Counted from the first letter of the stretch, positions 10,007 to 19,756 are shown. The stretch is 64,000 bases of DNA from Nitrosopumilus sp. (GCA_965219345.1 OZ244732.1:608001-672000); one strand, 5' to 3'. The notes: generated from the letters alone by a model not told the origin. A program made the numbers and translations.

Positions 10007-10654
10007 TTATGGATCTCTACTTGTATCATCACCATTCATTGTTATTTTACCAACACATGGATCCTCTACATCAACAAATTTCTCTGCGTCACTCATAACT
10101 CTCATCATGGCAAATGCTCTAATCTTTGCGTTTGGAAATGCTTCGGCTAATCTGTTCACTCCTCCCATAATTGTAGATCCGCGTGTAATTATGTCATCCA
10201 CCAGAACAATTTCTTTTGGCTCAAACAGCAATTCTTTCACTTTCATTGATTCATAGTGTTGAAATGCTTTCGGTCTATTTGCCCCAACTCTCTGACCAGA
10301 TGATCTTGTAACAGCTATCGCTCTCTCTAAACATTCTTCTGATGATTTACCTAATCCGTTATTGATCATTGCGGATGTGATACGTTGTGGTACCCAAAGT
10401 GTACCTGGTTTTATCAATGAACTCTTGGGAGTTGGTACTAGAATTGTATTTGAATTAAAATAATCTGCAAATGGAAATGTATCGATTTCTTTTTTCATCG
10501 CCTGAACAATATATTCTGATGTTAAAACACCTGAATTCAAAACATTATCATTTTTTAGATTAATCATTGCTGTTTTTGCTCCCTTGGCTTTTTCTGAACT
10601 TCCACGTGGAGCGTACGTGAGCAACGAACCAAATTCAACTTCAGATACGTTCAT
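10007..10654 (-). CDS. Type I phosphoribosyltransferase (ComF-like, conflict-associated)
   Basis: LVPTP and IVLVDDIITRGSTI PRPP-binding loop. Confidence 0.88.
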   Translation of the reverse strand: MNVSEVEFGSLLTYAPRGSSEKAKGAKTAMINLKNDNVLNSGVLTSEYIVQAMKKEIDTFPFADYFNSNTILVPTPKSSLIKPGTLWVPQRITSAMINNGLGKSSEECLERAIAVTRSSGQRVGANRPKAFQHYESMKVKELLFEPKEIVLVDDIITRGSTIMGGVNRLAEAFPNAKIRAFAMMRVMSDAEKFVDVEDPCVGKITMNGDDTSRDP

Positions 10655-10659
10655 CGTGA

Positions 10660-11355
10660 CTATCTTTGAAACAATTCTGGCATTTTAACATTTGATGGAA
10701 GGACTTCTAAAATATCTAAAGGATCATCAAGTTCTATCGCGCCATATTCTATCATTTCTTTTGGCCATTTTAATTTTGGATTGTGTACCACTTGTTTACA
10801 GATAAACAATGGTCTTCCCAAACGTATTGTTTCCCATCCTTGATATAATGTTCCACTGCCATCTCCTGCTTCTACAATTACAGAAGCATCAGAGATTAAT
10901 GCCATTGTACGATTACGTAAAGCAAAATCTTTAGGAGTAGTTTTGTAACCTACTTGATATTGAGAAATAACTAGATGATTTTTCATAATCTCTTCTTGCA
11001 ATTCCGCATTTTCTTTTGGATATGTTTTGTTTAATGGTGTTCCAAGTACTGCAATTGTTTTACCGCCATTTTTAATTGCTGTTTTATGTCCTACCGAATC
11101 AATTCCTTTTGCAAGTCCACTCACAATTGTAACATCATGTTCTATGAGAATTTTTGAAACTTCTTCGGCAGCTAAAAGTCCCTCTTCCGTTGGTTGTCTT
11201 GTACCAATAATGGAAACTCTTGCACATGGTAATGGTGGTGTTATTTTTCCTTTATAGTAAATTATTGGAGGCGCATATTTTTTTTCAATATCATTTAATG
11301 GACGACCAAGTAAATTCTTCAAGTCAATGGATTGATATTCTAATTCTTCTTCCAT
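10660..11355 (-). CDS. dprA: DprA/Smf (SLOG superfamily) stand-alone Rossmann domain
   Basis: SIIGTR, IVSGLAKGIDSVGH, TIAVLGT, YPKEN, FALRNR, IVEAGDGSGT. Confidence 0.93.
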   Translation of the reverse strand: MEEELEYQSIDLKNLLGRPLNDIEKKYAPPIIYYKGKITPPLPCARVSIIGTRQPTEEGLLAAEEVSKILIEHDVTIVSGLAKGIDSVGHKTAIKNGGKTIAVLGTPLNKTYPKENAELQEEIMKNHLVISQYQVGYKTTPKDFALRNRTMALISDASVIVEAGDGSGTLYQGWETIRLGRPLFICKQVVHNPKLKWPKEMIEYGAIELDDPLDILEVLPSNVKMPELFQR

Positions 11356-11524
11356 TTCCTTTCATATATTACGCGATCGGGTCTTTTTTAAAACTTTCAG
11401 GAAGGGGTTAGCTAACATGAACATAATCATACTCCAATTTACCTATTCTAGAATTAAAAATTACTCATCAATATACAGAAATCTCAAGTCAGTATTTTTA
11501 CCAAATTCTAATTCTTCTTCCATT
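11337..11524. repeat. 20-bp direct repeat duplicating the dprA start region
   Basis: ATTCTAATTCTTCTTCCATT at 11337-11356 and 11505-11524; both read MEEELE on the minus strand. Confidence 0.8.
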
Positions 11525-11650
11525 CATATCAGATTCATGATTGAAGAGCGAAATACCATCTCCAAATAGTCTCAAATGAGCCTAACGGAGTATGATATTG
11601 TAATCTTTGAGCATGAAAAGAGACTCATAACTTTCTTTGTATATCTGTGG

Positions 11651-12586
11651 CTAATCAGGAGAATAGAAACTCTTTCCAGCACACAAGATGTCTACATGTC
11701 TAGCACCATTATCCATCAACAATTTAGCACATATCTCTATCGTACCACCAGACACCAACACATCATCAACTAACAAAATCTTTTTGTTGATTATTTCACT
11801 ATTGTTTAAAATTCTATGTTGCTCTTCAGCTAATTTTTTTCTTGCATATATGCCTAAATTTTTACGATTATCTTCTGATTCTTCTATTTTTTCTAATGCA
11901 TCTAACACACATGGCTTTCCAAGCTTCTTTGCAAGACTTAATGCAATAGATACACCTTTACAAATTTGTGGATTATCTGATTCGTGGTTTGGAGCTGGAA
12001 CAATTACATCAATGTTGAGCTTGTTATTTTCCTGTAAATATTCCAACATTCTTGTACTGATAATTTCAGATGAATCTCTTGATTTGTTTGTGTAAATTTG
12101 CATAGAAAATTTGTCTTTAATGGCTTTTTCATAATCTCTTTTTCTGGTATAATAATCTCCACAATAATTTAATTCAAATTCACGTTTTTCCAATTCATGT
12201 TTTAAATTATTTAATAATCTGGGATGTTCACCATCTTTAATTCTAGAAATTAAATCATCATATTCTGGATATAGTCTTACATCTGGATCTACAAGTTTTT
12301 TTAACAATTTTTCATAATGCATTTTCATTTTATCACCTATTCTAGAATCTTCTATTGAATCAAAAATTTCAGTCATGATGTTCTCTATTGCCTCACAATA
12401 CATCTTTTGAGCAAAACTTTCTCTTCCTTGTCCATAAAGTGAATCGCCTTTCAATTCTAAAATTTCAGATTCATTTTCTCCTGCTTTGATTAATAATTGA
12501 AATGTATCTTCGGCCGCCCTGAAATTCTTCTCTTTCAAAAATTCTTTACCTTGTCGAATTAGCTCGTCTTTTTTTATTTTTGACAT
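11651..12586 (-). CDS. N-terminal TPR-like repeat fused to a ComF-like phosphoribosyltransferase
   Basis: TPR-like helices (LIRQGKEFLKEKNFRAAEDTF...LELKGDSLYGQG); IVPAP; ILLVDDVLVSGGTIEICAKLL. Confidence 0.85.
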   Translation of the reverse strand: MSKIKKDELIRQGKEFLKEKNFRAAEDTFQLLIKAGENESEILELKGDSLYGQGRESFAQKMYCEAIENIMTEIFDSIEDSRIGDKMKMHYEKLLKKLVDPDVRLYPEYDDLISRIKDGEHPRLLNNLKHELEKREFELNYCGDYYTRKRDYEKAIKDKFSMQIYTNKSRDSSEIISTRMLEYLQENNKLNIDVIVPAPNHESDNPQICKGVSIALSLAKKLGKPCVLDALEKIEESEDNRKNLGIYARKKLAEEQHRILNNSEIINKKILLVDDVLVSGGTIEICAKLLMDNGARHVDILCAGKSFYSPD

Positions 12587-12592
12587 AATTGC

Positions 12593-12931
12593 TTATGAAA
12601 AGATGAAATTAACATTTTGTAATGAGCATGTACACGTGGAATAATGCCAAAAACATGCCTTTTCTATATGAGATCGATTATTTTCATGCCTAGACAGACT
12701 CAAATCTTCTTTTCTGATAGGAGACTCCAATTTCATATTTGCAGCTTCTATCCATCTGTTTTTCCATTCATTGTTTATTCTAATAATATTCAATGTAGAA
12801 CTACACATTTTACATTTGTACAAGAGACCACTGTTCCTACCAGAATTCATTAATTTTCTTTCAATCTGAGTGCCATACAATCTATGATTATGTCCACAAA
12901 TTCCACACGTAATTGTTCTCTTATTGGACAT
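12593..12931 (-). CDS. Cys/His-rich zinc-ribbon hypothetical protein
   Basis: CGICG, CKMC, C-terminal H..C..H..CTC; stop 6 bp before the TPR-PRTase start. Confidence 0.6.
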   Translation of the reverse strand: MSNKRTITCGICGHNHRLYGTQIERKLMNSGRNSGLLYKCKMCSSTLNIIRINNEWKNRWIEAANMKLESPIRKEDLSLSRHENNRSHIEKACFWHYSTCTCSLQNVNFIFS

Positions 12932-13032
12932 TTTTATCGAAAAAAGCAGAATGTATTGTCATCAGATACATTTCTTGCAAGAACCTAATGTATCAGATCG
13001 ATCAACTCTATTTACAAAACATGTGAGATTAT

Positions 13033-13365
13033 TTGATATCATTTTTGTTGTATTGCAACTATGAATATCGTAGACGCAAGGTCATTCTTGATGAGGATAT
13101 ACTAAAAGTCTCATCAAGTCAAGAACTAAAAGAACAATTCACACAAGTAACATCAATAGGAAAAATCAAGGAACTACCAGCAGGCTCAAAGGATGAAAAA
13201 ATTGGTGCCTATTGTTATGAGCATGGCTGTGACTTGATCATAGCAGACAAACGAGCTTATGACAAATTCTTCAGAGATGCACGCATAAAATCAGTGATAA
13301 TTTCAAACTATGGTATATTCAAAGAGGGAAAACGACTGATATACAGAATACAAATTATCAATTAA
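13033..13365 (+). CDS. PIN-like (DUF5615/Mut7-C N-terminal type) protein; start uncertain
   Basis: KVILDEDI...GSKDEKIGAYCYEHGCDLIIADK acidic PIN pattern. Confidence 0.6.
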   Translation: MISFLLYCNYEYRRRKVILDEDILKVSSSQELKEQFTQVTSIGKIKELPAGSKDEKIGAYCYEHGCDLIIADKRAYDKFFRDARIKSVIISNYGIFKEGKRLIYRIQIIN

Positions 13366-13374
13366 CTAACAATA

Positions 13375-14300
13375 TTACATTCTTTTAGGACGTGGAAGTT
13401 TGAATCCCGATTTTGTAGGAATATCTTCTGGAATTGCTTCATGATATCCATGTAACAGTTGATACATTACTTTATTCAGAAGTGGCATTTCAAATCTACC
13501 TTCTGAGTAATCCATATAGAAATCCAATGATTCATCATCCTGATAGAAAAACTCTACAATTGATTCATACCAATCATTTCTTGGTTTTTTATCATAGATA
13601 ATCACCTTTCTCATCTCTTCAATCTCTGAAAATACAGAGCTGTTAAAACTTCTACTGAGAATTAATGATTTTCTCTTTTCATAAAGTCTGACTCCTATCG
13701 TATCAGCTATTATTCCAAAATTCAAATACATTTCATCATCAAGATCTATTCTTTTCTTTTGATAAGATCCTTAATGGGAATCAAACTCAAATCTTTTACA
13801 AAATTCAAAGAAGTTTTTTCTAACAGTTGTTTTAAAAAACAAAAGAAGAGATGATTTCTTGCAGCATTATCTATTAAAGAACTTAATTGTTGATTATTCA
13901 GTTCAAAACCTAATGCAAAAAGACACCCCTTGATAGAAAGAAAATACATAGATGTCTTTGTAGTGACAACAATCTTATCACCAGTTTGAATAACATAGTT
14001 ATTCTCAATTAAACCTGGATATCTTTTTCCAATCTTTTTTCCTCCAGATTTTTTCTCATATCTCCCATTAATTATTACGTTGTATTTGTTACGCAATGTG
14101 TTTTTTTGTAGAGGATTGTTTTGATAGTAGTTTGAATTTGAAACAAATTTTTCCATTTCTGATGTAATACTTGGTCCAAGAATTGCTAATGATAAAACAA
14201 TCTCAAATGCGTGTCTTTTTCCTCTTTCTTTTTCATAAAGATTTGGTGTGTCTTTTGAAAAATATGTTGAAATAATATCTGTATCGGGAATTAACAACAT
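13375..14300 (-). pseudogene. Putative wHTH-like regulator split by a 1-nt frameshift near 13750
   Basis: KDLIKRKE* continues as RIDLDDEMYLNFG in the adjacent frame across AAAAGAAAAGAATAG. Confidence 0.65.
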
Positions 14301-14329
14301 ACCATAGAATACTGGCTATGGTATACCAT
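14299..14329. promoter_or_regulatory. Operator-like inverted repeats in a divergent promoter
   Basis: ATACCATAG-N8-CTATGGTAT (14299-14324) overlapping the palindrome ATGGTATACCAT (14318-14329). Confidence 0.6.
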
Positions 14330-14350
14330 TAATTAATTATTAACTAATTC

Positions 14351-14491
14351 ATGCCCAAAATCATAACATCGGTATCAATTCCCTTGGAATTACTACGAGA
14401 AATTGATGAGAAAAGAGATCACATCTCAAGAAGCAGTTTTTGTCCGAGTCTTATTGAGATTGGCCTAAAACAAAAGGAGATATCCAAATGA
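14351..14491 (+). CDS. Ribbon-helix-helix (CopG-like) DNA-binding protein, 46 aa
   Basis: MPKIITSVSIPLELLREIDEKRDHISRSSFCPSLIEIGL, typical RHH pattern. Confidence 0.8.
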   Translation: MPKIITSVSIPLELLREIDEKRDHISRSSFCPSLIEIGLKQKEISK

Positions 14492-14580
14492 AAGACACAA
14501 GTCTTGGATTTCTTACTTCGTATTCTTTGCATGGTAAAATCATTATTGCAATAGAAGAAAAATGGAAAAATTTCTTCTAG
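14488..14580 (+). pseudogene. Short or truncated ORF translationally coupled (ATGA) to the RHH gene
   Basis: MKDTSLGFLTSYSLHGKIIIAIEEKWKNFF*. Confidence 0.4.
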
Positions 14581-14584
14581 GATT

Positions 14585-14736
14585 CCACAGAATTTCAAGA
14601 ACCCTTTTGTTTTTCCTGTGATTGCATTCTTGTAACCATTAACAGTTGCAGTACTATGTGAAACTGCATAACAAGAATCAAGATATTCTTGCAAAGCTTG
14701 TTCTGAATTTTCAAAATTCATTCTAACTGTCATCAA
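14585..14736 (-). pseudogene. Probable N-terminal stub of a tyrosine integrase
   Basis: ALQEYLDSCYAVSHSTATVNGYKNAI resembles the SxxTxxxY N-terminal helix of tyrosine recombinases; no catalytic domain follows. Confidence 0.5.
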
Positions 14737-14801
14737 GACAGGTAATTCGATTACTGTTAAAAATCCCTAGTCGTTATTTTTAGTAAATCTTGAGCCTAAC
14801 C

Positions 14802-15338
14802 CTAATTGATTATGATCTCAATCTCGCTGGAATTATTTTTGATACTTCCTGGTTCTGTATAGTCATGCTTTTGCCATGATGCAAATGCTTCAGCCCCAAC
14901 CTTGTGCTTACCTTTTCCCAAATCTGATGCTTTGAATACAAATTTTTCATTAAAATCAAATAATTCTTGTCTTACCTCTTCTTCTGAAAGTCTGATAAAT
15001 GGCTCAAAGTTTTTGGCCACTTGAACCCATATTCTTCTATCTTTCATAGGATTGACTAGTTTTGGGTTTCTTGTCCAAAAGATTGATGCCTTTCTGTAGG
15101 TATCAACAGTCCTACCTAATTCCTTCTTTCTGAATCCTCCTGACGTCAATTTTACACCGTATTTCATTTTGAATCCGACATCATTGTTGTTGTATGCTTT
15201 TGTCCAATTTGTCTCATTGAACGTATCTCTAATGTCTCCTTCAACTAAAAACTGGACCTCTATCTCAATATTATCATCAGATGGGTACTCATCCTGGGAC
15301 TTTACTAATCGAATCTCTGAAATCTTGCTTTCTGTCAT
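14802..15338 (-). CDS. Hypothetical protein
   Basis: 178-aa ORF with host-like composition, divergent from rpo11. Confidence 0.75.
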   Translation of the reverse strand: MTESKISEIRLVKSQDEYPSDDNIEIEVQFLVEGDIRDTFNETNWTKAYNNNDVGFKMKYGVKLTSGGFRKKELGRTVDTYRKASIFWTRNPKLVNPMKDRRIWVQVAKNFEPFIRLSEEEVRQELFDFNEKFVFKASDLGKGKHKVGAEAFASWQKHDYTEPGSIKNNSSEIEIIIN

Positions 15339-15389
15339 TCTAATCGTTCATAATGATTTATATCCACAATAAGTTCTTTTTCCGAATAC

Positions 15390-15668
15390 ATGAACGCTCA
15401 GGTGATTAGTTTAGAACCTAAGGAAATCAGCATTTCAATAAAAGATACTGATATAGGAATTTTATACATTATTCAACACGAGCTTCTAAAGAAATCAAAT
15501 ATTGATTTTGCAGGTGTTATCATAAAGCATCCACTTACCAATGAAATTTGGATGAGAATCACTTCTAAAACAAAACCACTAGGAGAGATGAAAAAAGCTG
15601 CAGATTCAGCAATTAAAATAGCAGAAGAGTTCAAAAAATTATTTAATTCTAAAATTAAGGTAAATTAG
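15390..15668 (+). CDS. rpo11: RNA polymerase subunit Rpo11 (RpoL)
   Basis: IDFAGVIIKHPL motif; adjacent to TFS. Confidence 0.9.
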   Translation: MNAQVISLEPKEISISIKDTDIGILYIIQHELLKKSNIDFAGVIIKHPLTNEIWMRITSKTKPLGEMKKAADSAIKIAEEFKKLFNSKIKVN

Positions 15669-15669
15669 A

Positions 15670-15987
15670 TTGAAATTTTGCCCCAAATGTGAGGTCAAAT
15701 TAAAAAAGAGTGTTTCTGGCCTTCAATGTTCAAAATGTGGCTACACTGAAGGACAAAAAACAAAACCAGCAAAAAAAATTACTAATGAACAAGAACCAGA
15801 TAACTCCCTTCTTGCTTTTGAAGGAAATGAAGGGGAAGAATCTTATTCAACAATCAAAATGGATTGTGCAAAATGTGGTCATGATGAAGCAGTTTGGTGG
15901 ATGTTTCAGACTAGAAGCGCAGATGAACCAACAACCAGATTTTATCGTTGTCAAAAATGTAAATACACTTGGCGTGATTACACATAA
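15670..15987 (+). CDS. tfs: Transcription factor S
   Basis: FCPKC...QTRSADEPTTRFYRCQKC. Confidence 0.95.
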   Translation: MKFCPKCEVKLKKSVSGLQCSKCGYTEGQKTKPAKKITNEQEPDNSLLAFEGNEGEESYSTIKMDCAKCGHDEAVWWMFQTRSADEPTTRFYRCQKCKYTWRDYT

Positions 15988-16021
15988 CGTTTAACTGGAA
16001 CATAAAGTCAAGAAGGTTGAT

Positions 16022-16768
16022 TTGACTTTTGGAGCAAAAACAAGTGGTTCAGACGATCTAAAAGCTATAATCTCTGCAATATCTACACTTGTTGAAGAAG
16101 CTACTTTTGTTGCAAACTCGGAAGGAATTACTTTTAGAGGAATGGATCCATCACATGTTGCTCTTATTGATATATCCTGGCCAAATTCCGCATTTGAAAA
16201 ATATGAGTGTGATAGTGACATTAAATTTGGAGTACGAATAGATGAATTTTCAAAACTCATCAAAAGAGCAGATAAAAAAGATAGTATAGAGATTAGTATC
16301 TCAGATCAAAACATGTTACTTGTAACAGTTGGAAAAAATAAAAAATACAAAATGCGTTTAATTGAAAGTTCTGCAACTGATACTCCACTACCAAAAATTC
16401 CTTATGCTTCAAAAATTACTTTGTCTTCTTCAAAGTTTGACAAAATTCTTGGTGATGTACAGGTTGTATCTGACTATCTAACAATTCAGACATCTGATTC
16501 AAAAGCAGATTTTTCAGGTAAAGGTGACTCTGGTGAAGTTGTAATTGATCTTGATAAAGATGATGAAGACATTGAAGAAATTTCTTCAAAAGAAGATAGT
16601 ACTGGAACTTACAGTCTTGAATATCTTAATCCAGTGATAAAAGCCGTAGGAACTACTGCAGGCTTGATTACATGTGAGTTTTCAAGCGCAAAACCTCTTA
16701 GAATTGAATTCAAAGTCGCAAATATTGGTAGAATTCACTTTTACTTGGCTCCACGCGTGGAAAGTTAA
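16022..16768 (+). CDS. pcn: DNA polymerase sliding clamp PCNA
   Basis: GMDPSHVALID, YSLEYL, FYLAPR. Confidence 0.97.
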   Translation: MTFGAKTSGSDDLKAIISAISTLVEEATFVANSEGITFRGMDPSHVALIDISWPNSAFEKYECDSDIKFGVRIDEFSKLIKRADKKDSIEISISDQNMLLVTVGKNKKYKMRLIESSATDTPLPKIPYASKITLSSSKFDKILGDVQVVSDYLTIQTSDSKADFSGKGDSGEVVIDLDKDDEDIEEISSKEDSTGTYSLEYLNPVIKAVGTTAGLITCEFSSAKPLRIEFKVANIGRIHFYLAPRVES

Positions 16769-16803
16769 AGCATTTAAAGATTAACTAATTCAGGTATTTT
16801 GAA

Positions 16804-18207
16804 ATGAGACTTGTTATAAAATATGGTGGAACATCAATTTCTGCTGCAAAAGATATTCAAGCTGTAGCTAAACACATTAACACATTATCAAAAAAACATC
16901 AGATACTAGTTGTTTGTTCTGCAATAAGTAAAACTACTGATAATCTTATAGAAATATCTGAGTCTATAAAGAAAGAAAATAAATCAAAAGCTGAACGACT
17001 TGCATCAAAAATTATCAGTAGACATATACAATTAGCAAAACAAACAATCAAAAAATCTGATGTACGAAAGAAATTACTAGAAAAATTAGATCAAGACTTT
17101 GCAGAACTTCTTGCATTAATTGATGGAATGGTATTACTAGGTGAAGTTACACCCAGATCAATGGATTACCTAATTTCACTTGGTGAAAGATTATCAATTA
17201 AATTAGTTTCGTCAGCAATTAATGATTCAGGCAAAAAGTCAATTCCTCTTACTGGCAAAGAAATAGGAATTGTAACTGATTCTAAGTTTGGTGAATCTAA
17301 ACCACTTTTGGATACAACTAGACTGAGAGTATCAAAGACAGTGGATACTCTGTTCTCAAAGAAAACAATACCCGTTGTAGGAGGATTTGCAGGTGCAGAT
17401 CAACATGGACATGTAACTACATTTGGCAGAGGAGGTTCTGATTATTCTGCAACAATCATTGGTTCTTGTATTAAAGCAGACGAGATTTGGTTGATGAGTG
17501 ATGTAGATGGACTTATGACAGCAGATCCAAAGATAGTCAAAAATGCAAAACTACTCAAAGAAGTATCATACATAGAAGCAATTGAAATGGCTCTGTTTGG
17601 TGCAAAACAGATACATCCACGAACATTTGAGCCTCTACTCACGAAGAAAATCCCAATGAAGATTAGGAATTCTTTCAATGTAAAAAATGAAGGAACCATA
17701 GTAACTGCATCTACTTCTTTATCTGCTAAAAATACCGTAAAGTGTGTAAGTAATATTCAAAATAATGGGCTAATCGATATTCAAGGTGGCAGTATGGTTG
17801 GAACCCCAGGAACTGCAGCAAAAATATTTGTCACACTAGCAAAAGCTGAAATCAACGTAATGATGATCTCTCAAAATCCCTCCGAATCAAGTATTACAAT
17901 TGTAGTAAAGAATACAGATCTTGACAAAGCAGTTAGTACATTAGAAATGGAGCTGTTAGGAAAAATTATTAAAAAACTAGAAGTCACAACGGATGTAGCA
18001 ATTATCGCACTAATTGGTTCAGGAATGCGAGGAACTGTTGGAGTTGCCTCAAAAGTTTTTGGGGCAATTGGGAAAAACAAAGTTAACGTATCTATGATTA
18101 CTCAAGGTTCATCTGAGCTTAATCTTGCATTTGTTGTAAAAAATTCTGATACAAATTCAGCAGTACAGGCTATACATAATGCATTTGCACTTGATAAAAT
18201 TAATTAA
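16804..18207 (+). CDS. lysC: Aspartate kinase
   Basis: KYGGTS, GRGGSDYSA, SDVDGLMTADP, two ACT domains. Confidence 0.96.
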   Translation: MRLVIKYGGTSISAAKDIQAVAKHINTLSKKHQILVVCSAISKTTDNLIEISESIKKENKSKAERLASKIISRHIQLAKQTIKKSDVRKKLLEKLDQDFAELLALIDGMVLLGEVTPRSMDYLISLGERLSIKLVSSAINDSGKKSIPLTGKEIGIVTDSKFGESKPLLDTTRLRVSKTVDTLFSKKTIPVVGGFAGADQHGHVTTFGRGGSDYSATIIGSCIKADEIWLMSDVDGLMTADPKIVKNAKLLKEVSYIEAIEMALFGAKQIHPRTFEPLLTKKIPMKIRNSFNVKNEGTIVTASTSLSAKNTVKCVSNIQNNGLIDIQGGSMVGTPGTAAKIFVTLAKAEINVMMISQNPSESSITIVVKNTDLDKAVSTLEMELLGKIIKKLEVTTDVAIIALIGSGMRGTVGVASKVFGAIGKNKVNVSMITQGSSELNLAFVVKNSDTNSAVQAIHNAFALDKIN

Positions 18208-18244
18208 GACAAAATCATTTAAGGGAATAAACTAATCAGATTCA

Positions 18245-19708
18245 TTGAACAAATTTATTGCTATTTTGATTATTGGAATTTTTGCTGCTAGTATCATTTC
18301 TATTTCTTCAATATCTGATCAATTTGTTGATGCGGGTTCTAGAAAAAAAATTCACTTTACTCAAACTATTACGTCCTCTCAAGATCCAGGACAAGGACAT
18401 CAAAATCATCAATTAGCACTTGTTCTATCACCAAACGAAGGAACTCTTTATGACGGTTCTATGACATTTACCTCAAGTGAGTCTGTTCAGATAGTTGTTT
18501 TACACGAAATTAACTCTCAAGAGGCAAAAGGCCAACCTATCTGGACTGTTGATGGAAATACTGTTTATGGCTTATCCCTCATTGATTTAGAGGAAAAATC
18601 AGGTTCTTTTGAATTTACAGGAGCTGCACTTGCATTACATTCTCCTAATTCGAAAGAATTCACTGTAACTGTAAGTGTTGATGGTTGGATACGAGGACAA
18701 CCTATTGAAGTAATAATGCAAAAAATGGAATTTGAAAAAGAAGATCCATCATTGTTACTTTCAAGAACAAATGTTCCAGCTACAATTCCAATGCATAAAG
18801 GAATCTATGGAGGAAATCAAATTCTCTACATTATAACTGACGGTAGCGATGAAGATTACGCAAAAATTCTCTCAGAAAAACAAGGATGGAATGTTGAACT
18901 TGCTTCAGCGATTGCAGATGTACCAGAAGATGCTCTTCAAAAATTATTTATTTTTAAAAATGGGATTAAAGGTGATGGAATTTATGGATTTCAAGATGAA
19001 GTTTTTTCTAGTACTCCATCACAAGAATCAGAGTACAGCGCGTTAAATTCTATAATTGAAGTTACATGGAAAATAGGTCAAAAAGAAATAGTGTTTGAAT
19101 CTGCAGCTGATGTAATTGCTGCTGAAGAAGGTGGTCGAGTTGAATTTAATGAAACAGGAATTGTTCTTAACACTCCTCAAATTACCTGGCCTGATGGGCA
19201 GATGACAGTACGTTCTGACAAAGAAATTACAGATGAAATGTCATATGGTGGAGGTCAGATAATTGAAATTAATGAGAAAGAATTGAATGTAACCTTTGTA
19301 GCTCACAGAGGTTGGGGACCAAATGGTATATCCATTTACTATATTGTTACTGATGCTACTCCCTCAGGACCTGCAGAAACAATGGGGGTTGTCTCATCTC
19401 CTACTTCTGCAAATCTACTAACTCATTATGGAGCAGTTGATCTTTTCCAATTTAAAAATGGAATTAAAGGCTCTGGTCCACTAGGATTCCAGCCTGGAAT
19501 TGCTGGAGCAGCTCTTGGTGATGCAAATTACAGCCCAATGTGGCGAATTTATCTAGTAGAATGGAATGATACGGAATCAGCAAAAATTCTAGAAACAAAA
19601 TCAGATATTGACTCATTTCGTGCGGATGATTTGATAACTGTAAGCATTGCACGACCAACCAACGCTGATCATATAGTTAATTGTCCATTCATAGATCCAT
19701 TCCAATAG
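18245..19708 (+). CDS. Secreted hypothetical protein with two internally repeated domains
   Basis: Signal peptide; repeated YIITD/YIVTD...FKNGIKG.G..GFQ...YS motifs. Confidence 0.8.
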   Translation: MNKFIAILIIGIFAASIISISSISDQFVDAGSRKKIHFTQTITSSQDPGQGHQNHQLALVLSPNEGTLYDGSMTFTSSESVQIVVLHEINSQEAKGQPIWTVDGNTVYGLSLIDLEEKSGSFEFTGAALALHSPNSKEFTVTVSVDGWIRGQPIEVIMQKMEFEKEDPSLLLSRTNVPATIPMHKGIYGGNQILYIITDGSDEDYAKILSEKQGWNVELASAIADVPEDALQKLFIFKNGIKGDGIYGFQDEVFSSTPSQESEYSALNSIIEVTWKIGQKEIVFESAADVIAAEEGGRVEFNETGIVLNTPQITWPDGQMTVRSDKEITDEMSYGGGQIIEINEKELNVTFVAHRGWGPNGISIYYIVTDATPSGPAETMGVVSSPTSANLLTHYGAVDLFQFKNGIKGSGPLGFQPGIAGAALGDANYSPMWRIYLVEWNDTESAKILETKSDIDSFRADDLITVSIARPTNADHIVNCPFIDPFQ

Positions 19709-19756
19709 AAATTTCACTAAACGGATAAATTACTTAACAAAAGATTTGTTGTAAAA

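Larger units (their letters stand above)
9600..14790. mobile_element. Decayed integrative element / defence island 1 (boundaries approximate)
   Basis: Non-housekeeping cargo, several pseudogenes, RHH regulator, integrase-like N-terminal stub, Zn-finger family shared with island 2. Confidence 0.7.

Noticed and set aside
10007-11355. Natural competence locus (dprA-comF)
   Set aside because: DprA lacks accessory domains, the PRTase lacks the ComF zinc finger, no uptake genes are nearby, and the context is a mobile island
9593-14769. ATCCCTA as att repeats of island 1
   Set aside because: Only 7 bp and not extendable; insufficient support
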